IMG/VR virus record: IMGVR_UViG_2563366887_000004
Source of the DNA: a virus
Lineage: Duplodnaviria > Heunggongvirae > Uroviricota > Caudoviricetes
Length of the DNA stretch: 24,015 bases
Direction: 5' to 3' (one strand)
Below are positions 10,476 to 18,326 of the stretch, one piece after another. The notes beneath the pieces are model-generated. The model was not told where the DNA came from. It saw only the letters and a program-made list of their open reading frames with translations, and searched no databases. The translations under genes and the position numbers were made by a program. How positions within the stretch are numbered: the first letter of the stretch is position 1; every line of letters starts with the position of its first letter.

Positions 10476-10688
10476 TTGTCCCGTAAAATGACAGGAATTG
10501 TCAAAACCTTTGACGGCAAAAGCGGCAAGGGTCTTATCACCCCATCCGATGGTCGTATCGATGTCCAGCTTCATGTTTCAGCGCTCAATCTCCGCGATGC
10601 AGAAGAAATTACCACCGGATTACGCGTGGAATTTTGCCGGATAAATGGTCTGCGTGGCCCTTCAGCTGCCAATGTTTACCTTTCATGA
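10476..10688 (+). CDS. cspF: cold-shock protein family member
   Basis: 70 aa [37 protein letters not shown]...; a divergent Csp paralog recognised as CspF. Confidence 0.85.
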
Positions 10689-10978
10689 GCTATATTAAAG
10701 CTTTAATTTCAGGCCCCATCGGATCACACATGGAGAGTTTTTATGAATAACCCCGTCTGTCTTGATGACTGGTTGATTGGCTTTAAAAGCTTATGCTGTA
10801 CTTTGGCCGTAATAGCTCTGCTAATAATATAATAAGCAGACTCATTGTGTTTAGGGACATTGTACTGGAAGAAAACATTTTAAACATCAGGCAAATAACC
10901 AAGTCACCAGCTAAATAATAAGTTAACAGACATGAGTCCCGGGATGAGATTCAACATTACCATTGCCCCATTTAAAGC

Positions 10979-11012
10979 ACAAAACCCGCTCATCAGCGGG
11001 TTTTCTACTTTT
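10979..11012. terminator. hairpin terminator (AACCCGCT / AGCGGGTT) with flanking T-tracts on both strands; candidate tR'-like terminator for the late promoter
   Basis: AAAACCCGCTCATCAGCGGGTTTTCTACTTTTTCTT; on the minus strand the hairpin is followed by UUUUGUGC. Lies about 65 nt downstream of the predicted pR'-like promoter. Confidence 0.5.
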
Positions 11013-11049
11013 TCTTAACGTCGGGTATACAAAGCCCATCGTTGAAAAA

Positions 11050-11078
11050 ATTTTATCCATATTTTTTGAAAAATGCAA
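11050..11078 (-). promoter_or_regulatory. candidate late promoter (pR'-like): -35 TTGCAT, 17-bp spacer, -10 TAAAAT, immediately downstream of the Q gene
   Basis: Minus strand reads TTGCAT-N17-TAAAAT; location just 3' of the Q-family gene and 5' of the hairpin terminator mirrors lambda Q/pR'/tR' organisation. Confidence 0.45.
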
Positions 11079-11109
11079 ACATCATGTCGCCATCTTCAGC
11101 AAAAATCAT

Positions 11110-11740
11110 TTATCTCGTCACCTTCCTCAATTGCGCTTCCGCGTATGCTTCTTCCTGCCAGCACTTTGTTACCAGTTTACCAATGACGTCCGCATACCCC
11201 TTATACCACTGATAATCGGTCAGGTCTGGTACCAGCTTCTGGACATGACGTCGTGCCAGCGTGGTCGGTAAACGACTAAACCGGTTTCCATTACAACGCC
11301 CACAAATCTTATATACCGGTACGCCATGAAACCGGGTTCTTTTTTCATCCAGAACAATCCCTTTACCCTTACACCCTCTGCACGCTGTGCTGGCTTCGCC
11401 CTTACCATGGCAATGCTGACATAGTTCCTTCACCAGAACAGGTCTAAGTAATACCCGCACGTTACCTCCAGATCCGTTGCTGGAAAGTGCGGGACGCACG
11501 TGGTGGGCGTTCGGAATAAGGCAGCCTGACAGAGATTATCCAGTGCCGATAGTCGAGACTGAGAGCTTTCTTAACCTCGAACCCGCGCCTGCGGTAAGAA
11601 TGAATCAGCCATTCGGCCTGTTCTGCAGTGCATGGAGGGTGCTGGAACCATTCAGACTTGAATGCGTGAGAATACCGCCCGTGCGTGCAGGCAAGAACGG
11701 GCGAATTATCAGAATTGTAATATTTTGCGTTGCGTGCCAT
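11110..11740 (-). pseudogene. quuQ: Q-family late antiterminator, split into two overlapping frames (apparent frameshift)
   Basis: The C-terminal ORF (11110..11499) carries lambda-Q-like zinc-finger and C-terminal motifs (CQHCHGKG...CRGCKGKG, CGRCNGNRFSRLP). The N-terminal 92-aa ORF (11462..11740) is in a different frame; the 631-nt span is not a multiple of 3 and together the two pieces total about 210 aa, like lambda Q (207 aa). Confidence 0.6.
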
Positions 11741-11806
11741 CGGTTTTCTCCGGTGGCACGGTGTTACTCAGCGGGAGTTCAGCCCCGCGCAAGATTGTAG
11801 ATGAGT

Positions 11807-12058
11807 TTATTCTCCTGAAAAAGCAGAAAAGCCAGCTTTTATTCCGATCTCTTTCAATGCCTGTAATGAAGTGACAAACTCACCTTCGCGCAAGATAAAT
11901 CCGTCCGTGACCCGAGCATCCACAAAATTAATTAACGCAGCCCCATTCTTTCGCAAACACATAATGCGGTAATGACTAACAAGATTTCCATTTTCAACGC
12001 ACACAGCATAGAGGCCATCTTCACAAAAAATTTTACGCAGTTCTTCGATGTTCATCAT
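11807..12058 (-). CDS. rem: Rem, small prophage protein of unknown function (83 aa)
   Basis: 83-aa ORF MMNIEELRKIFCEDGLYAV...; length and position match Qin rem; assignment from memory. Confidence 0.65.
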   Translation of the reverse strand: MMNIEELRKIFCEDGLYAVCVENGNLVSHYRIMCLRKNGAALINFVDARVTDGFILREGEFVTSLQALKEIGIKAGFSAFSGE

Positions 12059-12180
12059 CAGAATCCTTCCGGATAATTAGCTCTCCCCTTTAAGGGACCA
12101 TCCCTCTTATCCCTGCGCGCTACTTAAGTATTTTTGATTCTATTCCGGCACCGTCCAGAACTTCAAACGCGTTGAAAATA

Positions 12181-12206
12181 AAAACAAAAACCCGCCGAAG
12201 CGGGTT
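12181..12206 (-). terminator. intrinsic terminator downstream of hokD on the minus strand (stem CCCGC/GCGGG, loop CGAA, U-run)
   Basis: Plus strand AAAACAAAAACCCGCCGAAGCGGGTT; the minus-strand RNA forms the hairpin followed by UUUUUGUUUUU. Confidence 0.55.
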
Positions 12207-12274
12207 AAGTGCGGGTGCGTTGAGGATGCCTGCCACATCAGAGGTGGCGAGGGATTTCTCCCCCGCCGGGTCTC

Positions 12275-12430
12275 TTACTCCTCAGGTTCGTAAGCTGTGA
12301 AGACAGCGACCTCCGTCTGGCCGGTTCGGATTCGTACCTCGCAGAGGTCTTTCCTCGTTACCAGTGCCGTCACTATGACGGTTAAACAGATGACGATCAG
12401 GGCGATTAACATCGCCTTTTGCTGCTTCAT
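12275..12430 (-). CDS. hokD: Hok-family type I toxin (51 aa), third gene of the relBEF operon
   Basis: Hand-translated: MKQQKAMLIALIVICLTVIVTALVTRKDLCEVRIRTGQTEVAVFTAYEPEE, stop TAA at 12277..12275. Under 60 aa, so absent from the ORF track; two antisense ORF-track ORFs overlap it and are rejected. Confidence 0.8.
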   Translation of the reverse strand: MKQQKAMLIALIVICLTVIVTALVTRKDLCEVRIRTGQTEVAVFTAYEPEE

Positions 12431-12501
12431 AGCCTGCTTCTCCTGTCAACGCAAAGCAGAAGTGTCACCTTCGGTGCGAAACAGAGATGTCATGCTTTGG
12501 T

Positions 12502-12789
12502 TCAGAGAATGCGTTTGACCGCCTCGCTATATACTTCCGAGCGTTCTCTTTTCCCAACAGAAATCACGAAAACGACAACTTTCTCGTCTATAACCTGGTA
12601 TACAAGGCGATAGCCTGAAGACCGGAGCTTAATCTTGTAACAATCAGGCATACCACGGAGCTTGTTTGCTTCAATCCGGGGTGACTCAAGTACTTCAACC
12701 AGCTTCTTTTTCAACTGTTCACGTACCGTCGAGCCCAGCTTTCGCCATTCCTTTAGTGCCCGCTCGTCAAAATCCAGAAAATACGCCAT
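12502..12789 (-). CDS. relE: RelE mRNA-interferase toxin
   Basis: 95 aa MAYFLDFDERALKEWRKLGSTVREQLKKKL...; recognised RelE sequence; start overlaps the relB stop (ATGA). Confidence 0.95.
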   Translation of the reverse strand: MAYFLDFDERALKEWRKLGSTVREQLKKKLVEVLESPRIEANKLRGMPDCYKIKLRSSGYRLVYQVIDEKVVVFVISVGKRERSEVYSEAVKRIL

Positions 12790-13028
12790 CAGAGTTCATC
12801 CAGCGTCACACGTACTGGCTTAGGATTACGAAGCCGTTCTTTCACTATCTCCACAAGTTCAGCATCTTCATCACTCAGGAGTGTCTGTTTGAACGGCAAG
12901 CGTTCATTGTCAGCGATATACTCGAGCATGAGACGAAGCGCTTCAGAAGGAGTTACACCCATTTTTTCAAGCGCGGCGTAAGAACGCGCTTTAAGTTCAT
13001 CGTCAATACGCAGGTTAATGCTACCCAT
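12789..13028 (-). CDS. relB: RelB antitoxin
   Basis: 79 aa MGSINLRIDDELKARSYAALEKMGVTPSEALRLMLEY...; recognised RelB sequence. Confidence 0.95.
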   Translation of the reverse strand: MGSINLRIDDELKARSYAALEKMGVTPSEALRLMLEYIADNERLPFKQTLLSDEDAELVEIVKERLRNPKPVRVTLDEL

Positions 13029-13039
13029 GTCTTACACCT

Positions 13040-13092
13040 CTTGTAATTACAAATGTCATTACAAGTATCGCACTACAACATGCTTAGGGCAA
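13040..13092 (-). promoter_or_regulatory. relBE promoter (-35 TTGCCC, -10 GATACT, 17-bp spacer) with overlapping operator inverted repeats
   Basis: Plus strand 13040-13065 CTTGTAAT TACAAATGTC ATTACAAG is a perfect 8-bp inverted repeat overlapping the -10 hexamer (13064-13069 on plus); -35 at 13087-13092. Matches the known relO architecture. Confidence 0.7.
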
Positions 13093-13510
13093 GTCACGAA
13101 GGAAGTCAGAAAGTAGTCGTAAGAACGGTGATCACTGTCCGCTTTGTGCCAGGAGCAGCCATTGCTAAGTCCATCCTGTATTGTGCAGGTCAGCTCGTTT
13201 TTAAAGAGTCCGGCCATCATCTTACTGGTACAGACACCATATACTTTGTGACGGTCAGGCTACATATGCACAACTCAACTTATTCATCTATTTTTTGCTT
13301 TAGCATGTCAGTGTTGCTTTCTCGTCGGCGGGTGAGCGGTGACCTGACCTGTCGATAAAGGAACGTAACACGTTTTATGCAACACCCGCATGCGGCAGAA
13401 AATTATTGCCGAACGTTTACCCCTGTCAACAAGCTTTACTTTCTGAGGCGCGCCAGCCCGCGAGGAAAACAATCTGAACATCAAACAATTAATGACACAA
13501 GAAATACGAT

Positions 13511-13537
13511 TAAAGATTTTTTTGTGCATGCCGATAG
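13511..13537 (+). promoter_or_regulatory. sigma-28 (FliA) class promoter: TAAAGATT-N11-GCCGATAG upstream of flxA
   Basis: Matches the sigma-28 consensus TAAAGTTT-N11-GCCGATAA at 7/8 and 7/8 positions with exact spacing; about 24 nt upstream of the flxA start with AGGAG-like SD. Confidence 0.6.
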
Positions 13538-13560
13538 TGCTTTTTTAAAAGGAGAAATCT

Positions 13561-13893
13561 ATGTCTGTCACAATTCAGGGAAATACCTCAACCGTTATTT
13601 CAAACAACTCCGCCCCGGAAGGAACATCAGAAATAGCCAAAATCACAAGACAAATTCAGGTGCTGACTGAAAAGCTTGGGAAAATCTCATCGGAAGAGGG
13701 GATGACGACACAGCAGAAAAAAGAAATGGCTGCATTGGTACAGAAGCAAATTGAAAGCCTCTGGGCTCAACTGGAGCAGTTGTTAAGGCAGCAGGCAGAG
13801 AAAAAGAATGAAGACGCGACAGTTCAGCCTGATAAAAAAGAAGAGAAAAAAGACGATACAAATACCGCTGGCACCATTGATATTTACGTCTAA
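13561..13893 (+). CDS. flxA: FlxA (FliA-regulated protein of unknown function)
   Basis: 110 aa MSVTIQGNTSTVISNNSAPEG...; recognised; preceded by a sigma-28 promoter and followed by a terminator. Confidence 0.85.
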   Translation: MSVTIQGNTSTVISNNSAPEGTSEIAKITRQIQVLTEKLGKISSEEGMTTQQKKEMAALVQKQIESLWAQLEQLLRQQAEKKNEDATVQPDKKEEKKDDTNTAGTIDIYV

Positions 13894-13907
13894 GTGACAG
13901 CCGTATT

Positions 13908-13932
13908 GTGGCCCTCATCGGGCCACTTTTCG
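13908..13932 (+). terminator. intrinsic terminator of flxA (stem GTGGCCC/GGGCCAC, loop TCATC, then TTTTCG)
   Basis: GTGGCCCTCATCGGGCCACTTTTCG starting 15 nt after the flxA stop codon. Confidence 0.6.
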
Positions 13933-14329
13933 CCATCAGCCTTTTCTTTAAAGACATATTATCTTTGTATCATTTCTGATAGTTAACATTACAAGATATA
14001 AGTAATGGACGCACTCCCAATTAGTCTATTTAAATCGCCACGAGTTTAACTGACAACCCATGATCAATTATGAATTGCAACTATTTCTGTAGTCACTTTT
14101 GTGGGGACAGTCCACAAAACTGCCAACTTCCGCTTCTTGCTCTTAGCGGACATTAGCATAGGCTATTTACCATAACGCCTCATTACGCGCACCGCCCAGA
14201 CTGACTCAGCGCGTTTCTGGCATATCCCCGGTAAAACAAGTAACAAACCACCCGAAAATGAACACCAGAAACGCGACTTAAGAATCTACCCTATGAATGG
14301 ATATGCACTCAACCGAATCGATCTTGGTT

Positions 14330-15643
14330 TCAATCTTTTTTATCGGGATCAGGCTTCTTTTTAGGTAACTTCGGGGGCTTAACTTGCTGATGACTTTGCG
14401 TTCGGCGCGTAAGCCAGGGATGGTCAGCTTTAGGTTTAACATAGTATTTTGAGCGTAAATCAATACGGGCATTATCCACTCGTTCATGGACACTCTTTTC
14501 ATCATCCAGTGGTATAGGCTCCGGGCCATCAACATACTTTTCCCAGCCCAGCGCTTTCCCGTCATACAGAACGTTAATTTCACCGTCAAAGTTCTCGCAT
14601 ACAGTAACAACCGAATGCCTAAGTCGATATCCCCGGCCCTCACTGCGTACCTGAAACGCACTGCTTTTGTACTGGAAAGTGAGATTTTTAGACAGAACGC
14701 GCTTCGCCTGTAGGCTGAAGATATAACCCAGTTCCTCTTCAGAATGGTGCACATCAAGATGAGCATTATCAGTAGTACGAGGCGACGTAGCGAACCGGTT
14801 GTTATAGGCTTCAATAAAGGTCGGCAACCATGCATTTGCTGTTTCAATATCACTGATATTCTGAAGCCGCATTTCTTTGACCAGCCTGTCCTGTAGTGTC
14901 TGATTGGCGCGCTCTACCCGCCCTTTTGCCTGCGGGCTGTTGGCATGGATTGGCTCGATGCCCAGTGTCTTTATCGCACGAGTGAACTGGGTCAGCTCAC
15001 CTTCCCGCTCTGGGTTATTTACCCTGAATATACTGTGTCTATCAGAGTAGAGAGCGAGCGGTACGCCATGATCATTAAGGTAACCCCGGAGGGTTTCCAT
15101 GTAAGCCCGGGTTGTTTCAGCAGGCACAAAACGCAACGCCATCAACGCACTGGTGGCATCATCAATGAAAACGATCAGTGTACATCTGGGGCCTCGATTT
15201 TCAAACCAGTCATGAGGTGAGCCATCAATCTGGATCAGTTCACCGTAAGATGGTCGTCGCATGCGGCGTTGATATATACGGGCAATTTTACGACGGCGTT
15301 CACGCCATAACCCCTCTTCTATCATCCACTTTCTGAGAGTTTCAACGGATAAAGATAAACCGTGTATCTCGCGCAATTTTTCGCACGCAAACGTAGGTCC
15401 AAAATCAGCGTAACGGCCTTTGAGGAGTGAAATTACTGTTGCTCTGAATTCAGTAGAAAAGGAATTATTAGGACGCTTTCCACGTCGGTGGGAAACCAGA
15501 CCAGAAGGCCCTTCATTTCTATACCGTTGCACCAGACGTTTAACCTGCCGAATAGAAATGCCAATGCGTGCCGCAGCTTGTTCCTGAATAATCTGAAGTC
15601 GGTGGAGTTCCTTATGACTCATCGTAACAGTCTCTTTGATCAT
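14330..15643 (-). CDS. DDE-type transposase/integrase with N-terminal HTH and rve-like catalytic core (IS481/ISNCY-like; family not resolved)
   Basis: 437 aa; HTH-like N-terminus (IGISIRQVKRLVQRY) and catalytic-core motifs (IQIDGSPHDW, VFIDDATSA, YSDRHSIF, KGRVERANQTL); strong SD GGGGGA 7 nt upstream of the ATG. Element termini not resolved. Confidence 0.8.
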   Translation of the reverse strand: MIKETVTMSHKELHRLQIIQEQAAARIGISIRQVKRLVQRYRNEGPSGLVSHRRGKRPNNSFSTEFRATVISLLKGRYADFGPTFACEKLREIHGLSLSVETLRKWMIEEGLWRERRRKIARIYQRRMRRPSYGELIQIDGSPHDWFENRGPRCTLIVFIDDATSALMALRFVPAETTRAYMETLRGYLNDHGVPLALYSDRHSIFRVNNPEREGELTQFTRAIKTLGIEPIHANSPQAKGRVERANQTLQDRLVKEMRLQNISDIETANAWLPTFIEAYNNRFATSPRTTDNAHLDVHHSEEELGYIFSLQAKRVLSKNLTFQYKSSAFQVRSEGRGYRLRHSVVTVCENFDGEINVLYDGKALGWEKYVDGPEPIPLDDEKSVHERVDNARIDLRSKYYVKPKADHPWLTRRTQSHQQVKPPKLPKKKPDPDKKD

Positions 15644-15977
15644 GAAAAATCCCCCAGAGAATTGTCTGGGGACATTTTAGAATGGTTCAAAGGGGACATT
15701 ACAGCTTGGTGTTAACAATAGCCTGCTTCTCCGTGCCTTTCGGCACGTAAGAGGCTAACCTACATGTGTCTAGCATGAAATTGGCCTCAGATTAATGTTA
15801 AGCGTCTTGCAGGACGCGTAATGTTAACTGGGGCTTTTCTCTATCTGCCGTTGGTGTCCATGCCCGAGGCAGATAGCCTCAAGCACCCGCAGTCATTCTA
15901 CTTAACTAAGATTTCCCCGCAAACCGTTTTTGTCCAGCACAGTAAATATCCAACTAAACCAATGGAGTTCGCTGTAT

Positions 15978-16157
15978 TTACCGCCAGTATTCAATGCACA
16001 TGACCGCCATGAACACCCCTAAAAAAAGGGCATTTATATATCCAAATATTAATATCAAAACATCAACTTTTTCCATATACCTTGCTGTGAAGATGATGGG
16101 CATACATGATGCGAACAACCAGAACGCAACAAACAAAAACTGCAATGCGTTTTTCAT
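15978..16157 (-). CDS. candidate small membrane protein (59 aa, two predicted TM helices)
   Basis: Internal ATG of ORF-track ORF 15978..16196 preceded by a near-perfect SD (TAGGAGGAATA-ATG); product MKNALQFLFVAFWLFASCMPIIFTARYMEKVDVLILIFGYINALFLGVFMAVMCIEYWR. No homology evidence. Confidence 0.3.
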   Translation of the reverse strand: MKNALQFLFVAFWLFASCMPIIFTARYMEKVDVLILIFGYINALFLGVFMAVMCIEYWR

Positions 16158-16259
16158 TATTCCTCCTACAATCAATGTGCAATTACATTTAAACACACCT
16201 CAATTTGGCCGGACATATAAATATCTAAACCAGAAAAAATCACTTACATAGCGTTACAA

Positions 16260-16920
16260 ACTCTTTAGTCTAAAGGTTCATCGTAAAACATTCCCCATAC
16301 TTATCAGTCCGTTCCGCGCCAGGTAGCTCATTGCCTTATCTGGCAACCTGTAATCAGGTTTCCGCTTTTTCAGTTGGCTGGTCGTTTAACCGACATAGTT
16401 AATCCATTAATCTAGTTGCCGGATGTTGGTGGATTTTCGCGTTTTAGTTGTTCATAAAAGTGCACAGCTTTAACCAGTTCTTCTGATGTAACTGGGACTG
16501 GTGAGGCAGTGAATAAGGCCTGAATTTGATAGTTCGGCCTGTCGTTACAATCCTCTTTTTTCGGTACATATTTCCAGTCACCAGACCACTACTTCCCCTG
16601 AAAGTCCGTAACGCCTTTTTTCACGTAGCGATATCGCCATGCCACTGGTTTTGCTTGCCCCGCCGTTTCATGCCCTTCCTGATAATTAATCTCGCTCATT
16701 CATCGCCCCACTCATCACAATATGCTTCGACCGGAGTTTTTCCCGCTTCATAGTCATCACGCTAGGATTCGACATCAGCAGCACTTCCACCGCGTAACTC
16801 ACCATAGTCCATTAATAGTTCATCCCGCTCTTCAAAACTGATGTTATATTTAGCTGAACAAAAATCAGCCACTTTGTTCTTCCTCATCGTCTTTTATTTC
16901 GTGGTATGAGTAATTGCAGT
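16260..16920 (-). pseudogene. degraded coding remnant: protein-like segments in shifting frames interrupted by stops
   Basis: Minus-strand translation gives protein-like pieces in consecutive frames (MRKNKVADFCSAKYNISFEERDELLMDYGELRGGSAADVES*RDDYEAGKTPVEAYCDEWGDE*; MSEINYQEGHETAGQAKPVAWRYRYVKKGVTDFQGK*; WSGDWKYVPKKEDCNDRPNYQIQALFTASPVPVTSEELVKAVHFYEQLKRENPPTSGN*), consistent with a frameshifted/nonsense-disrupted gene. Confidence 0.3.
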
Positions 16921-17309
16921 AGTTAAAGAAAATTTCTTATGCTCCGTCATGAATTTCCTCAGGTGTTGCGTCATCGTCCACTTCGAATACATCCTCAAAA
17001 TCTCCACCAGCTATTCCCGTTTCAATAATAATTTTGAACTTTCGCATTTCACTACCGCCCTTTCGGGCGGCCTCCTGATGTTCTGAGGGTGCAGAAATCC
17101 ATCCGGTTAAGGATTAAATTTTATTTACAGAACTGAATTTAATTATTCAGATATACGTATCTGTAGCCTTACGAATCTACTCACTGGATGCCTCTTTCAT
17201 AAAAATAATCCAGTGGGTTTTATCGTTTTTTCCCTGTTCGTTGACAGATAACAGGTTTTCTGTCTGTCAGTGCCAGAATCTGGCTTACCGGTATTTGCGT
17301 TTCATTCCA

Positions 17310-17666
17310 TTAAAAAATCAGAACGCCGTGCGGCCTCAACACCCGAAAGGCTTCTTTAAATCTCTGTCGCGAATCATCACGCCAGGCATCTTTATTCAGC
17401 CGTCCATATTTCTTTCCCATCCAGGCGTTATCACCAACACTCTCAAGATGCGGAGGGTCTAATACAACCATCGAAAAAGATGCGTCTGCAAATGATAATG
17501 CACGAAAATCTGCGATAATGTCAGGGCTGATAATCAAGCGTCTCCCATTGCGTAATGTGTATCCTTCTTTTCTGATATCGCTGAATATCGCCCGTTCGTC
17601 AGACTTATCGAACCAGAACATGCGGCTGCCACAGCACATATCAAGAATGGTTGCCGGTGCACTCAC
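17310..17666 (-). CDS. small amino-methyltransferase, likely phage DNA N6-adenine (Dam-like) methylase; possibly truncated
   Basis: 118 aa with SAM-binding motif I-like ILDMCCGS and a DPPH (NPPY-type) motif about 60 residues later, ending ...LRPHGVLIF; GTG start overlaps the stop of the upstream ORF (translational coupling). Confidence 0.55.
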   Translation of the reverse strand: MSAPATILDMCCGSRMFWFDKSDERAIFSDIRKEGYTLRNGRRLIISPDIIADFRALSFADASFSMVVLDPPHLESVGDNAWMGKKYGRLNKDAWRDDSRQRFKEAFRVLRPHGVLIF

Positions 17667-17929
17667 TGCGCCACGTCCTGAAAATTACCCTGATAGAAAG
17701 CCAGTATGCGCTGCATAACTTCGCTCTTCCGGCACTCGCGACAGATTATGTTTAGGCGACTGTCGTAGCGACGTATTTCTCCGTCAGGTGATGACCAGAT
17801 AAGGTCCGGATCAACCACAGCAGGTTTCTTCACCTTTGCCCTCGAGAGTTTTTTGCGGGCGTTTTGCCAGTCCTTACGCGCCTGTTCAGAGGGGAATAAC
17901 CCGTATCCGGAGCTTAAGTTGCACGCCAT
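17663..17929 (-). CDS. hypothetical protein (88 aa) upstream of and coupled to the methyltransferase
   Basis: ATG-initiated ORF with protein-like basic/charged composition and a CxxC pair (CRECRK); its stop overlaps the methyltransferase GTG start. Its 5' end overlaps the divergent exonuclease-gene frame. Confidence 0.35.
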   Translation of the reverse strand: MACNLSSGYGLFPSEQARKDWQNARKKLSRAKVKKPAVVDPDLIWSSPDGEIRRYDSRLNIICRECRKSEVMQRILAFYQGNFQDVAQ

Positions 17930-18283
17930 TGGGTGGGTTAAGCATAAATGTATTCCTGGTGCTAAATGGCCCGAAATTCAGGCAGAGATGCGCATCTGGA
18001 AAAAACGTCGCGAAGGTGAACGCAAGGAAACCGGAAAATACACGTCTGTTGTTGATCTCGCCCGCGCCAGAGCCAATCAACAGTACACTGAAAATTCAAC
18101 AGGAAAAATCAGCCCGGTCATTGCTGCCATTCATCGCGAATACAAGCAGACATGGAAAACACTGGATGACGAACTGGCCTACGCTCTCTGGCCTAGTGAT
18201 GTGGATGCCGGAAACATTGACGGCAGCATCCATCGCTGGGCAAAAAAAGAAGTTATCGACAACGACCGCGAAGACTGGAAGCG
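17853..18283 (+). pseudogene. 5' part of an insertion-disrupted exonuclease-family gene (upstream of the IS600-like insertion)
   Basis: Open frame from 17853 (TTG) with a candidate ATG at 17988; the frame runs into the IS terminal repeat, which supplies the last five codons (EVYWQ*). Continues in-frame at 20771 once the IS and one copy of the GCG duplication are removed. Confidence 0.6.
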
Positions 18284-18326
18284 TGAGGTGTACTGGCAAT
18301 AGCGGACACTACCATTTGTTCTTTTT

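Noticed and set aside
12297-12613. Two plus-strand ORFs (73 and 64 aa)
   Set aside because: Antisense to hokD and the relE 3' end; the real gene here is hokD on the minus strand.
13053-13358. 101-aa plus-strand ORF starting within the relBE operator (possibly what has been annotated as ydfV in K-12)
   Set aside because: Its ATG lies inside the operator inverted repeat; composition not convincingly protein-like; kept out of the feature list for lack of supporting signal.
13308-13957. Minus-strand ORFs of 73 and 104 aa and a 97-aa plus-strand ORF around flxA
   Set aside because: Overlap flxA and its promoter in antisense or alternative frames; no independent support.
14278-14853. 191-aa minus-strand ORF
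   Set aside because: Alternative frame entirely overlapping the 3' part of the transposase gene.
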